Origin: Nibricoccus sp.
GTDB lineage: Bacteria; Verrucomicrobiota; Verrucomicrobiia; Opitutales; Opitutaceae
NCBI GenBank assembly: GCA_047602425.1
Contig: JASGHG010000001.1
Location: forward strand, 2,048,001-2,112,000
Direction of reading: 5' to 3'
DNA length: 64,000 nt
Part shown: positions 56,300 to 64,000 of the stretch, one piece after another
How the letters are laid out: the number at the start of each line of letters is the position of its first letter
Position numbering within the stretch: position 1 is the first letter of the stretch
Notes under the pieces: model-generated
Told to the model about the DNA's origin: nothing
Seen by the model: the letters and a program-made list of their open reading frames with translations, nothing else
Databases searched by the model: none
Program-made: the position numbers and the translations under genes

Positions 56300-56761
56300 C
56301 TATTTCTTCGCTTCAAGAAGGTGCACTTCGAAGATCAAAGTGGCACGAGGCGGGATGGAGGGCGGATGGCCGCGGGTTCCATACGCTAGCTCGTAGGGAA
56401 TGATGAGCAGGCGTTTCTCGCCCGGGCGCATGAGTTGGATGCCCTGATCCCAGCCATCAATGACGTTGTTGCGGCCAAGTCGAAATTGCAGCGGTTTTTC
56501 GGGGTCGAGCGCCTTGTCAAAAACAGTGCCGTCGAGCAGCCAACCCGTATAGAGCACCTTGACCATATCGCCCTGCTTGGCGAGGTCGCCCTTGCCCTCG
56601 GAGAGCAGCACGTGGCGCAGACCGGTGGACGTGCGCTGGGCGTGCGGCCAGGTCTTGTTAACAAATTCAAGATCTTCAGGAGGCAGTTTCTCGCGTTGCG
56701 CATGCACGAGCGCTGGCGAGATCAACAAAGCAAACATCAAAAGAAATCGGGGAAGACGCAT
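56300..56761 (-). CDS. exported FKBP-type PPIase
   Basis: Signal peptide, YTGWLLDGTVFD, VIDGWDQGI, IP.ELAYG..G....IPP.ATL.FEV.L. Confidence 0.93.
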   Translation of the reverse strand: MRLPRFLLMFALLISPALVHAQREKLPPEDLEFVNKTWPHAQRTSTGLRHVLLSEGKGDLAKQGDMVKVLYTGWLLDGTVFDKALDPEKPLQFRLGRNNVIDGWDQGIQLMRPGEKRLLIIPYELAYGTRGHPPSIPPRATLIFEVHLLEAKK

Positions 56762-56817
56762 GGAGCGAACTTGGCAACTCCCTGCGTCGGCTGCAATCCC
56801 GAGCATGCGCAAAATCG

Positions 56818-57435
56818 TCATCGCGCCGAGACCTTCATCGCCGGATGCCGGGCGACGAGCGCGAGGGCTTGCTTGAGCAGTGTCAGCCCCGGCTCGGTGC
56901 GGTGCCAGGGCGATGCACCCGAAGGATGCGGCAAGGGGATCACGTCCAAACGCCGCCCCACCCTCTCGACCGAAAATTTTCGTCCAATGATTTCTGTCAG
57001 CGGCGGCAGCGGCTCCGGCAAAAACTGCGCAATTGCGAGCTTGCCGACCGGCAACACGAGTTCTGGCTTCAGCAAAGCGATTTCCCGGTCAAGCCAGCGC
57101 GAACAATTGGCGATTTCATCCGGGTTCGGCACGCGATCGCCGCCTTCGGGCCTCTTGCCGGGGAAACAACGGCAGACCGCCGCAAAATATATCCGGTCGC
57201 GGGTTTCGTCCTCGGTCCAGCCGAGCGCATTGCCGAACCATTTGAAAAGAGTCTTGCCGGCCGTCCACGCGAAAGGACGGCCCAGTTTCGGCTCTTTGTC
57301 CCCCGGAGCCTGGCCGACGAGAATCACCCGGCTCTCGACGGGGCGGCCTACGACGACCGGCTTGAACATGAGCGGGCAAATTTCGCACGCGCTCAGTACG
57401 GAAAGATGTTTCGCAATGGCCGAACCTTTTGCCAT
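56818..57435 (-). CDS. uracil-DNA glycosylase superfamily protein
   Basis: VGQAPG, RCFPG, PLPHPSGAS; four Cys. Confidence 0.88.
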   Translation of the reverse strand: MAKGSAIAKHLSVLSACEICPLMFKPVVVGRPVESRVILVGQAPGDKEPKLGRPFAWTAGKTLFKWFGNALGWTEDETRDRIYFAAVCRCFPGKRPEGGDRVPNPDEIANCSRWLDREIALLKPELVLPVGKLAIAQFLPEPLPPLTEIIGRKFSVERVGRRLDVIPLPHPSGASPWHRTEPGLTLLKQALALVARHPAMKVSAR

Positions 57436-57452
57436 GGGTCAACAGCGTCCAA

Positions 57453-58745
57453 TCAACGATGCCCGCGTCGCCGGCCAAACCGGCCGCGGCCGCCGGCGCG
57501 TTGTTCGCCTCCGTGGCTTTGTCCGCCCTGGCGCGAAGGGCCTCCGGAGTGTCCACTGTGATGATGGCCTCCGCCGCCACCGCGCTTTTGGTGTTGTCCA
57601 GTGGGTTTGTCCGGCCGGGCGGTGAAGGGCTCGTAGGCGAAGCCTTCAAGTTTCAATTCTGGGATGGTCTGTCCGATGAAACGCTGGATGTCGCGGATGT
57701 CGTTTCTGTTTTCCGGCGTCACGAGCGTAAACGCGTCGCCCACCGCTTGTGCACGGCCGGTGCGGCCGATGCGGTGAACGTAGTCCTCGGGATTTTCCGG
57801 AACGTCGTAATTGATCACGTGCGAAATGCCCGCGACGTCGATGCCGCGCGCGGCGATATCGGTCGCGACCATGATTTCGTATTTGCCGCTTTTGAATCCG
57901 GCGAGCGCCTCGATGCGTTGGTTCTGCGAACGGTTAGCATGCAGAACGGCGACGGAGTGATTCGCAGCCTTGAGTCTGCGGGCAATTTTATCGGCGCCGT
58001 GTTTTGTGCGGGAAAAAACGAGCACGCTATCGTAGTCGATTTTCGCCAGAAGCGCCGCGAGTAGTTCAAACTTTTGATTCCAAGAGACCGGATAAAGCGC
58101 GTGGTTGACCGACTTGTTGACGGAGCGATTGACGCCGACCTCGATACGTTCGGGGTTGCGCAGCGCGAACGACGCCACGGCTTGAATTTCCGGCGGCACC
58201 GTCGCGGAGAAAAAGAGGGTTTGTCGCTCTTTGGGGCAACGACCGATGATGTCCTTCACCACAGGCAAAAAGCCCATGTCGAGCATCCGGTCGACCTCGT
58301 CGAGAACCAGGATTTGGATGTCGCGCAGCGAGATCGTACCTTCCTTCAAATAATCCATCAAACGGCCGGGCGTGGCGACGATCACGTCGACACCGCGCTT
58401 GAGTTCGCTGCGCTGGAGCCCGTAACCCACACCACCAAATATCGCCACCGTGCGAATATCGGTGAAACGGGCGAAATCGCGGAAAGACGTTTCCACCTGC
58501 GCTGCCAGTTCGCGGGTCGGCTCAAGTACCAAAACGCGCGGCCGGCCGTGGTTGCCGAGTTTGGAAATAATCGGCAGGGCAAAGGCGGCGGTTTTGCCGG
58601 TGCCGGTTTGGGCGGAGGCGATGAGGTCGCGGCCCGAGATAACGACCGGAATCGCGCGAAGCTGGATCGGCGTCGGGTCCGTGTAGCCGGCGGCCTGGAT
58701 GCCACGCAAAACGGGTGCGGAGAGATTGAGGGCTTTAAAAGGCAT
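57453..58745 (-). CDS. DEAD-box RNA helicase (RhlE-like)
   Basis: PTPIQ, AQTGTGKT, PTRELA, DEVD, SAT, ARGID, HRIGRTGR. Confidence 0.95.
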   Translation of the reverse strand: MPFKALNLSAPVLRGIQAAGYTDPTPIQLRAIPVVISGRDLIASAQTGTGKTAAFALPIISKLGNHGRPRVLVLEPTRELAAQVETSFRDFARFTDIRTVAIFGGVGYGLQRSELKRGVDVIVATPGRLMDYLKEGTISLRDIQILVLDEVDRMLDMGFLPVVKDIIGRCPKERQTLFFSATVPPEIQAVASFALRNPERIEVGVNRSVNKSVNHALYPVSWNQKFELLAALLAKIDYDSVLVFSRTKHGADKIARRLKAANHSVAVLHANRSQNQRIEALAGFKSGKYEIMVATDIAARGIDVAGISHVINYDVPENPEDYVHRIGRTGRAQAVGDAFTLVTPENRNDIRDIQRFIGQTIPELKLEGFAYEPFTARPDKPTGQHQKRGGGGGHHHSGHSGGPSRQGGQSHGGEQRAGGRGRFGRRRGHR

Positions 58746-58805
58746 GAGAAAAGGCGCGGCGGAAAAATCGACAGGATGCGCGCAGCGCCTGACGTGAGAA
58801 AAATG

Positions 58806-58842
58806 AAAAAAGAAAAGGACGAAGCGTTGTGCGCTTCGTCCT
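58806..58842 (-). terminator. terminator between the RRM gene and the helicase gene
   Basis: AGGACGAAGCG-N5-CGCTTCGTCCT with an A-rich run on the + side. Confidence 0.8.
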
Positions 58843-58876
58843 CGTTTAAAATCGGTCCGATAGACCGACAGGTTTC

Positions 58877-59254
58877 TTAGTAACGACGGTCACCGCGATC
58901 GCCGCGGTCGCCACCGCGACCACCGAAGCCGCCACGGCGTTCGCCGCCGCCGAAGCCACGGCCACCACCGCCGCCACCACCAAAGGAACGGCCAGCGCCT
59001 TCTTCCTTCGGACGGGCTTCATTGACGGTGAGCGTGCGACCACCGAGGTCGACGCCATTGAGCTTTTCAGCAGCAGCCTTCGCCTCTTCAGGCGTGCCCA
59101 TGGTGACGAACGCGAAACCGCGGGGGCGGCCGGTCATCTTATCCATGGCGACGTAAACATCGGTCACGGTGCCAAAAGCGCCGAAAGCCGTACGGAGTTC
59201 GTCTTCGGAGGTCTTGAAGGACATGTTGCCGACGTAGAGTTTGGAATTACCCAT
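58877..59254 (-). CDS. RRM RNA-binding protein with Gly/Arg tail
   Basis: RNP2 LYVGNM, RNP1 [11 protein letters not shown] tail. Confidence 0.95.
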   Translation of the reverse strand: MGNSKLYVGNMSFKTSEDELRTAFGAFGTVTDVYVAMDKMTGRPRGFAFVTMGTPEEAKAAAEKLNGVDLGGRTLTVNEARPKEEGAGRSFGGGGGGGRGFGGGERRGGFGGRGGDRGDRGDRRY

Positions 59255-59452
59255 TGTATGATTTCGTAGATCTACCGTCTCTGCCAGTTCCGTTCCCGAC
59301 CATCGGGTTTCGAAATCATCACTTGAACTCGACGCTCACCTGACGACTCACCAGTACCTGTCATCTAACGTTTTCTCTAACGAGGATCCGGAGCACAAAC
59401 GATCACCGGGCAAAGGCAAGGTAAATCTCGTAAGCCTTTCAGCTAACGCAAT

Positions 59453-59881
59453 TCACTGGCCTTGAGCCCGGATGCTGTACTTTTCGCGAAAAGCGGCGGG
59501 AAGTGGCGTGGAGCGGCCGGTGGCGAGCGTGATCAGAGTGTAATCGCAATGCCCCTCACAGGAACGCTTTCGGTTGGGCAGACGGTCGATTTCAAACCCG
59601 ACGCGCACACCGTCTTCCGCGAATTGTTCAATCCAAGTCCGAACAACCATTCGATCGCCCATGCCGAGCGGCCGACGGTAGTGAATAGTAGCGGATTTCA
59701 TAAACCAGCCGAGACCGAGTTTGCCGAATTCCTGCATCGACATATCGTAACAACGTTCCATCTGGTCGAAACGCGCGGCGAGCACGTAATCGAGATAACG
59801 CGTGCTGTGAACGTGCTGGTAAAGGTCGATGTCGTCGGGTCGGACGGCGAGCTCTGTCTCGAAACGTGCGTAGATGTCCAT
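59453..59881 (-). CDS. acyl-CoA thioesterase (4HBT/YbgC family)
   Basis: VRPDDIDLYQHV...YLDY...AR hot-dog motif. Confidence 0.88.
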   Translation of the reverse strand: MDIYARFETELAVRPDDIDLYQHVHSTRYLDYVLAARFDQMERCYDMSMQEFGKLGLGWFMKSATIHYRRPLGMGDRMVVRTWIEQFAEDGVRVGFEIDRLPNRKRSCEGHCDYTLITLATGRSTPLPAAFREKYSIRAQGQ

Positions 59882-60010
59882 GGCGGAAGCTCGCGAGCTG
59901 AGCAGAACCTTGCGGGGTTAAGCGAAGTTTTTCGGCGGTCCCGCAGGACTCCAACTTCAGCATGGCGCAAAAGCGGCCGCGTCAATTTGCGCGACAAGCA
60001 CGGTTTCGCC

Positions 60011-60394
60011 TCAGCCAAACAACCGGTCGAGCGCGCGGCGGTCGCGTTTGGTTGGCCGGCCCGAACCTTTTTCGCGGGCCAAAAACTGTTGCACGGGTTG
60101 CACGCGGGCCTTGGCGTATTCCTCGGGCGGCGTGCGGTCTTCGCAAAAGGCGGCAACGAGCTTCGGGCCGATGCGCCGCACCGGCAAACCCAGCACCACG
60201 ACGGTCCGCGTGATCAATCCCTGCCGGATGGTTATGGTTTCGCCGGCGCGCACATCACGCGCGGGCTTCACCGTCTGGCTGCCGATTTGCACGCTGCCCG
60301 CGCGGCACGCATCGGTGGCCAGCCCGCGCGTCTTAAAAATGCGCACGGTCCAGAGCCACTTGTCGATGCGTTCGGCCGTCGGGGCGTCGTTCAT
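60011..60394 (-). CDS. hslR: ribosome-associated heat shock protein Hsp15
   Basis: RIDKWLW.VR.FKTR, GRPTKRDRR. Confidence 0.92.
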   Translation of the reverse strand: MNDAPTAERIDKWLWTVRIFKTRGLATDACRAGSVQIGSQTVKPARDVRAGETITIRQGLITRTVVVLGLPVRRIGPKLVAAFCEDRTPPEEYAKARVQPVQQFLAREKGSGRPTKRDRRALDRLFG

Positions 60395-60396
60395 CC

Positions 60397-60933
60397 CTAT
60401 TTTTTAGCGTCAGCTTTCTTTGGCTTTGGAAAAGTATCGCGCAGCCAGTTGTCGAGCATCGCTTTTTCGTAGCGGAGCGAATCGGTCGCGTTCACCGGGC
60501 TCGCGTTCATTTGGAAAGACATGTCCAAAAGTTTTTCCTGCCCTTCCTTCACAACCGAACCAGTTCCGTCCACCAATTTGTAGGTAAAATTCATGCGGGG
60601 CGGATAAATCTCTTTCACGATGCGCACGTCGTTAAAATCGATACCACGCCAGGGCTCGAAGTCGCCGGCCATGTCGATGTTCGTAAATGTTATGGTGAGT
60701 TTCTGGCCTTCGGTCAGGTACCGCGGCGCGCGTTCCTGCAAATGATCTTTTAAGAGCGCGAGGTAGCCGTCGCGTCCTTTTTCAGAACCCATCTGCGAGT
60801 CCTTCACGTCGGTAAAGTTTTCAGGATGATCGAAAATAACGTCGACTTGGTTTTTCTGGGCAGCGGTCGGAGCCGCGAGCAAGGCGGTGGCGCTGACAAG
60901 CAAGGCCACGAGGGAAGCGGTGGTTTTTTTCAT
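60397..60933 (-). CDS. DUF3016 family exported protein
   Basis: Signal peptide, PENFTDV, IDMAGD, RIVK.IYPPR, LRYEK.ML.NW. Confidence 0.8.
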   Translation of the reverse strand: MKKTTASLVALLVSATALLAAPTAAQKNQVDVIFDHPENFTDVKDSQMGSEKGRDGYLALLKDHLQERAPRYLTEGQKLTITFTNIDMAGDFEPWRGIDFNDVRIVKEIYPPRMNFTYKLVDGTGSVVKEGQEKLLDMSFQMNASPVNATDSLRYEKAMLDNWLRDTFPKPKKADAKK

Positions 60934-61102
60934 GACGAGAATGGGCAGGGTTGTCTCTGATTCATTGGATCGATGCCGGTACTCCGGGTTCCGTCTATAT
61001 TGATGCCGCAAATATACCCTGAGGTGCAAAAAAATCAGCTCCATCTTTCATGGCGCCTGTTTCTGCGTATGTTGTCGCGAGGCCGAAGCCGCCTCCGCCC
61101 CC

Positions 61103-61336
61103 ATGGACAATAAACCCGCCTTCATTGAAGAAGTCCGCACTCTTAACACCCAGAAGACCAACCCATTGATGTCCCGCCTGCTCGCAGTCGGCTGGGCGCT
61201 GATCGCGATAAAATCGGTCATCGTATGGTGGGCCTGCACCCACTACGCGCTGCCCTTTCATCCGCTGTGGATCGTCGGTCCCACTGTGGCCTTCGGGGCG
61301 CTTTGCACGGGAGTGTACTTGTACGCAAAACGATAA
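61103..61336 (+). CDS. small two-TM hypothetical protein
   Basis: Hydrophobic ORF, co-oriented with downstream genes. Confidence 0.6.
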   Translation: MDNKPAFIEEVRTLNTQKTNPLMSRLLAVGWALIAIKSVIVWWACTHYALPFHPLWIVGPTVAFGALCTGVYLYAKR

Positions 61337-61398
61337 ACTGCGGCGTTCGCGGCCGTTTTAAAACTCGCCGCGTCGGCTTCGCCTTCCACTTTTTCCGC

Positions 61399-61863
61399 AT
61401 GGCAAATATTCCCGGTCTCCGCAGTCCCTACGTCAAAGTTGGCCGCTTGGTCTATTTCGGCCGCATGATCGACAAGATCCGTCTTCACGCCGCGGGTAAA
61501 CTTCCCGCCGACTACGTCGAGAATTTTGGCGACGCCCAATCCACCGTCTTCGACGCGCGCTGCTGCCGTTTCCTTGGCATTTCCCATGCCGCGCTGATCG
61601 ATCAGGTTGCCACCGGTAAAAACGAGGAGACTCTCCTCGCTTGGTGCCATGAAACCGGTGGCGCCCGCACTGACGAACAATGCGACATCTGGAACAACTT
61701 CATGATGAAGCGCGGCTGGCGCGACGAGGCGATCGAGCGTCTGCAAACGCGCCTCCGTGAAGCCGGCCTGCAAAATCGCTCTGACCTTCTGACGATGTTC
61801 GACTTTATCGACGCCGATGAAGGACGCGATCCGGCGGTCACGCGTTCGCTCGTGGCAAAATAG
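61399..61863 (+). CDS. DUF5069 family protein
   Basis: RSP...G.LVYFGRMIDKIRL...G.LP.DY, FD..CCRFLG, T.FD.ID.DEGR. Confidence 0.8.
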   Translation: MANIPGLRSPYVKVGRLVYFGRMIDKIRLHAAGKLPADYVENFGDAQSTVFDARCCRFLGISHAALIDQVATGKNEETLLAWCHETGGARTDEQCDIWNNFMMKRGWRDEAIERLQTRLREAGLQNRSDLLTMFDFIDADEGRDPAVTRSLVAK

Positions 61864-61931
61864 CCGGCACGCCCTCCGCGCGGGCAAAAAGCTCTGGCCC
61901 GCGCGCGCTCCGCCTCGTAACGTGGCCGGTC

Positions 61932-64000
61932 ATGAAACCCGCCACCGTCAAACGCCTGCGTCTTCTCGCCCTAGCCATCGGCGTTGTCCTGTTCGTCGCC
62001 CTCGCCGCCGGCGCCTGGTTTTACACCCGACTTCGCTCCAGTTTGCCCCAGCTCGACGGTTCGGCCAAGCTCGCCGGTCTCGGCGCCAGCGTGACGGTGG
62101 AGCGTGACGCGCTCGGCGTTCCCACCATCCACGGCGACAATCGCAACGACGTCGCCCGCGCCCTTGGCTTCCTCCATGCGCAAGACCGTTTCTTCCAGAT
62201 GGATTGCACGCGACGCCATGCCGCGGGAGAGCTCGCCGAGATTTTTGGCAAAGCCGCCCTGCCGCACGATCGCCAAGTGCGTATCCACGATTTCCGTACA
62301 CTTGCCCGCACCGTTCTCACCCGACTGCCCGCCGACCAGCAGGCTCTTCTCCAGGCCTACACCGCGGGCGTGAATGCCGGGCTCGCCGCGCTCGGCGAAA
62401 AACCGTTCGAATATATTCTGCTCCGCGAGACGCCGCGGCCCTGGTCGCCCGAAGACAGCATTCTCATGATCTACGCCATGGCGCTCGATTTGCAGGATGA
62501 GGACGCGGTTTACGAACGCTCGCTTTCCGCGCTCAACGACACGCTGACGCGAAATGCCGTCGACTACTTCGCCCCGCTGATCGGACCCATCGACGCCGCG
62601 TTGGACGGCTCCACGGCGCCCCTCGCGCCCATGCCCACCGAACGCATGATCGACGTCCGCCGCCGCGTCTATGAGTACGAAACCGATAAAAAGAAACAAG
62701 CCAGCCGAACCAACACCGAGAGTCCCGACGTGCTCCCCGGCTCCAACGCCATAGCCCTGGCAGGCATGCGCACCGCCAGTGGCGCCGGTCTCGTCGCGAA
62801 CGACATGCACCTCGCCCTCCGTGTGCCCAACATCTGGTACCGTGTCTCGCTGGTGTTTCCCGCGTCGTCCCAAAATGGCGGCCAAAAAACCGTCACCGGC
62901 GTGACGCTGCCCGGCTCCCCCGTCATCGTTGCCGGCAGCAATGGCTCCATCGCCTGGGGTTTCACCAATTCCTACGCCGACACCGTCGATCTCGTCGTCG
63001 TTAACAGCACCTCCGTCGGCCCCAACACGTATGCAGTGGTCGGCGACGTCGCCCAGTACGAACGACGCACCGCCACCCTCCAAGTCCGCGGCGAAAAACC
63101 CGAAACCATCGACTATCTCTGGACCATCTGGGGCCCGATCGTTGGCAAAAATTCCGACAAACGCGACCTCGCCCTCAAGTGGACTCTGCACGACCCCGAC
63201 GTGGTCAACTTCAATATCCTCGCCCTCGAAGACGCGCGCGATGTGCAGTCGGCCATCGACATCGCCCACCGAACCGGCATCCCCCCGCAAAATCTTTTCG
63301 TCGCAGACTCAAGCGGCGCGATCGGCTGGACAATCTGCGGGCGCCTTCCCCAACGCCAGGGCTTCGACGGACGCCTGCACACTTCGTGGAATTTTGGCGA
63401 CCGTAAATGGATCGGCCTGTTGCCACCCGAAAGCGTCCCGGCCCTGATCGCCCCCGCCGATGGCCAGCTCTGGTCCGGCAACCAGCGCAAGGTCAGCGGC
63501 GAAAAACTCAACCTCATCGGCGACGGCGGCTACGAATACCCCATGCGCGCCGCCCGCATCCACGAACTTCTCGGTCCGCTGGGCAAAGCCACCCCGCGTG
63601 ACCTGCTCGCCATCCAGCTCGACGTGCGAGCCCCGCACCTCGGCCACTGGCAGCAGCTTCTCCTGCAGCTTCTCAAACCAGAAGCCACCGCCACGAAGGC
63701 CGACCGCGCCAAGCTCCGCGCCGCCGTCGAAAGCTGGGACGGCCTCGCCTCGGCCGATTCCGTTGGCTACCGCCTCGTCGCCGCCTTCCGCCAAAACGTC
63801 GTCAAACGCGTGCTGCCTGTCGTCTTCGAGCCCTGCTACGATGCGTATCCCGATTTCAACTACCGCCATTTCAACTACGAGCCCGCGCTCCGCGAGATGA
63901 TCGAGAAACGTCCGCCCCACCTCCTCGGCCAGCAGTATCTCGGCTGGGACGAACTCCTGCTCGCCGCCGTCGACGACACGATCGTCGAGGTGAAAAAAGA
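61932..64000 (+). CDS. penicillin acylase / Ntn-hydrolase family protein (3' truncated; not in the ORF track)
   Basis: Read manually from ATG 61932: TM anchor, RSSLPQLDG, VERDALGVPTI, LGFLHAQDRFFQMD..RR.AAGELAE, GSN nucleophile motif near 62740, ANDMHL, PNIWY, IAWGFTN. Confidence 0.9.
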   Translation, partial: MKPATVKRLRLLALAIGVVLFVALAAGAWFYTRLRSSLPQLDGSAKLAGLGASVTVERDALGVPTIHGDNRNDVARALGFLHAQDRFFQMDCTRRHAAGELAEIFGKAALPHDRQVRIHDFRTLARTVLTRLPADQQALLQAYTAGVNAGLAALGEKPFEYILLRETPRPWSPEDSILMIYAMALDLQDEDAVYERSLSALNDTLTRNAVDYFAPLIGPIDAALDGSTAPLAPMPTERMIDVRRRVYEYETDKKKQASRTNTESPDVLPGSNAIALAGMRTASGAGLVANDMHLALRVPNIWYRVSLVFPASSQNGGQKTVTGVTLPGSPVIVAGSNGSIAWGFTNSYADTVDLVVVNSTSVGPNTYAVVGDVAQYERRTATLQVRGEKPETIDYLWTIWGPIVGKNSDKRDLALKWTLHDPDVVNFNILALEDARDVQSAIDIAHRTGIPPQNLFVADSSGAIGWTICGRLPQRQGFDGRLHTSWNFGDRKWIGLLPPESVPALIAPADGQLWSGNQRKVSGEKLNLIGDGGYEYPMRAARIHELLGPLGKATPRDLLAIQLDVRAPHLGHWQQLLLQLLKPEATATKADRAKLRAAVESWDGLASADSVGYRLVAAFRQNVVKRVLPVVFEPCYDAYPDFNYRHFNYEPALREMIEKRPPHLLGQQYLGWDELLLAAVDDTIVEVKK

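Noticed and set aside
58877..58990. GGC/GGT-rich short repeats (also in dnaJ near 3080-3240)
   Set aside because: Explained by Gly/Arg-rich protein tails and linkers
61971..63920. Long minus-strand ORFs (439 aa, 203 aa) in the ORF track
   Set aside because: Shadow ORFs antisense to the penicillin acylase gene, which runs off the window end
1..64000. Transposases, integrases, prophage, defence systems, rRNA and intact tRNA genes
   Set aside because: No supporting motifs seen in any frame

Overview
A GC-rich bacterial chromosomal segment, most likely Verrucomicrobiota/Opitutaceae. This is inferred from a PEP-CTERM protein with autotransporter-associated repeats, DUF5069- and DUF3016-like genes, an extended adenylate kinase and a stand-alone TonB_C protein. 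About 55 genes are present, mostly core or envelope functions: a TMTC-like TPR protein (partial), a manA-asmA-like-grpE-dnaJ-rfaE2-purN run, ftsK-rodZ, nfeD-nfeD-floA, tatA, an OxyR-like LysR with an MFS transporter and a U32/RlhA-like gene, an AlgB/KinB-like sigma54 two-component pair, a MacAB-type ABC exporter, pcm, ppgK, slyD, an ECF sigma with an anti-sigma/vWA fusion, oppA, a giant pectate-lyase-like surface protein, an STT3/AglB-like GT-C enzyme, TonB_C plus an MCP, an RNA-stress cluster, and a penicillin acylase (partial, absent from the ORF track). I saw no intact rRNA, tRNA, CRISPR array, transposase or prophage. The most unusual items are: (1) a ~520 bp array at 36770-37290 with a strict 21-bp period, two short conserved cores about 10.5 bp apart and variable intervening sequence, lying between a REP doublet and a terminator; (2) a 60-bp REP doublet inserted in frame inside the U32 gene; (3) an AglB-like enzyme lacking WWDYG; (4) an OxyR-like regulator lacking the peroxidatic Cys but with a near-canonical OxyR-type box; (5) a FliA-type promoter driving a TonB_C-MCP operon. 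All calls are from motif recognition by eye; no database searches were run.
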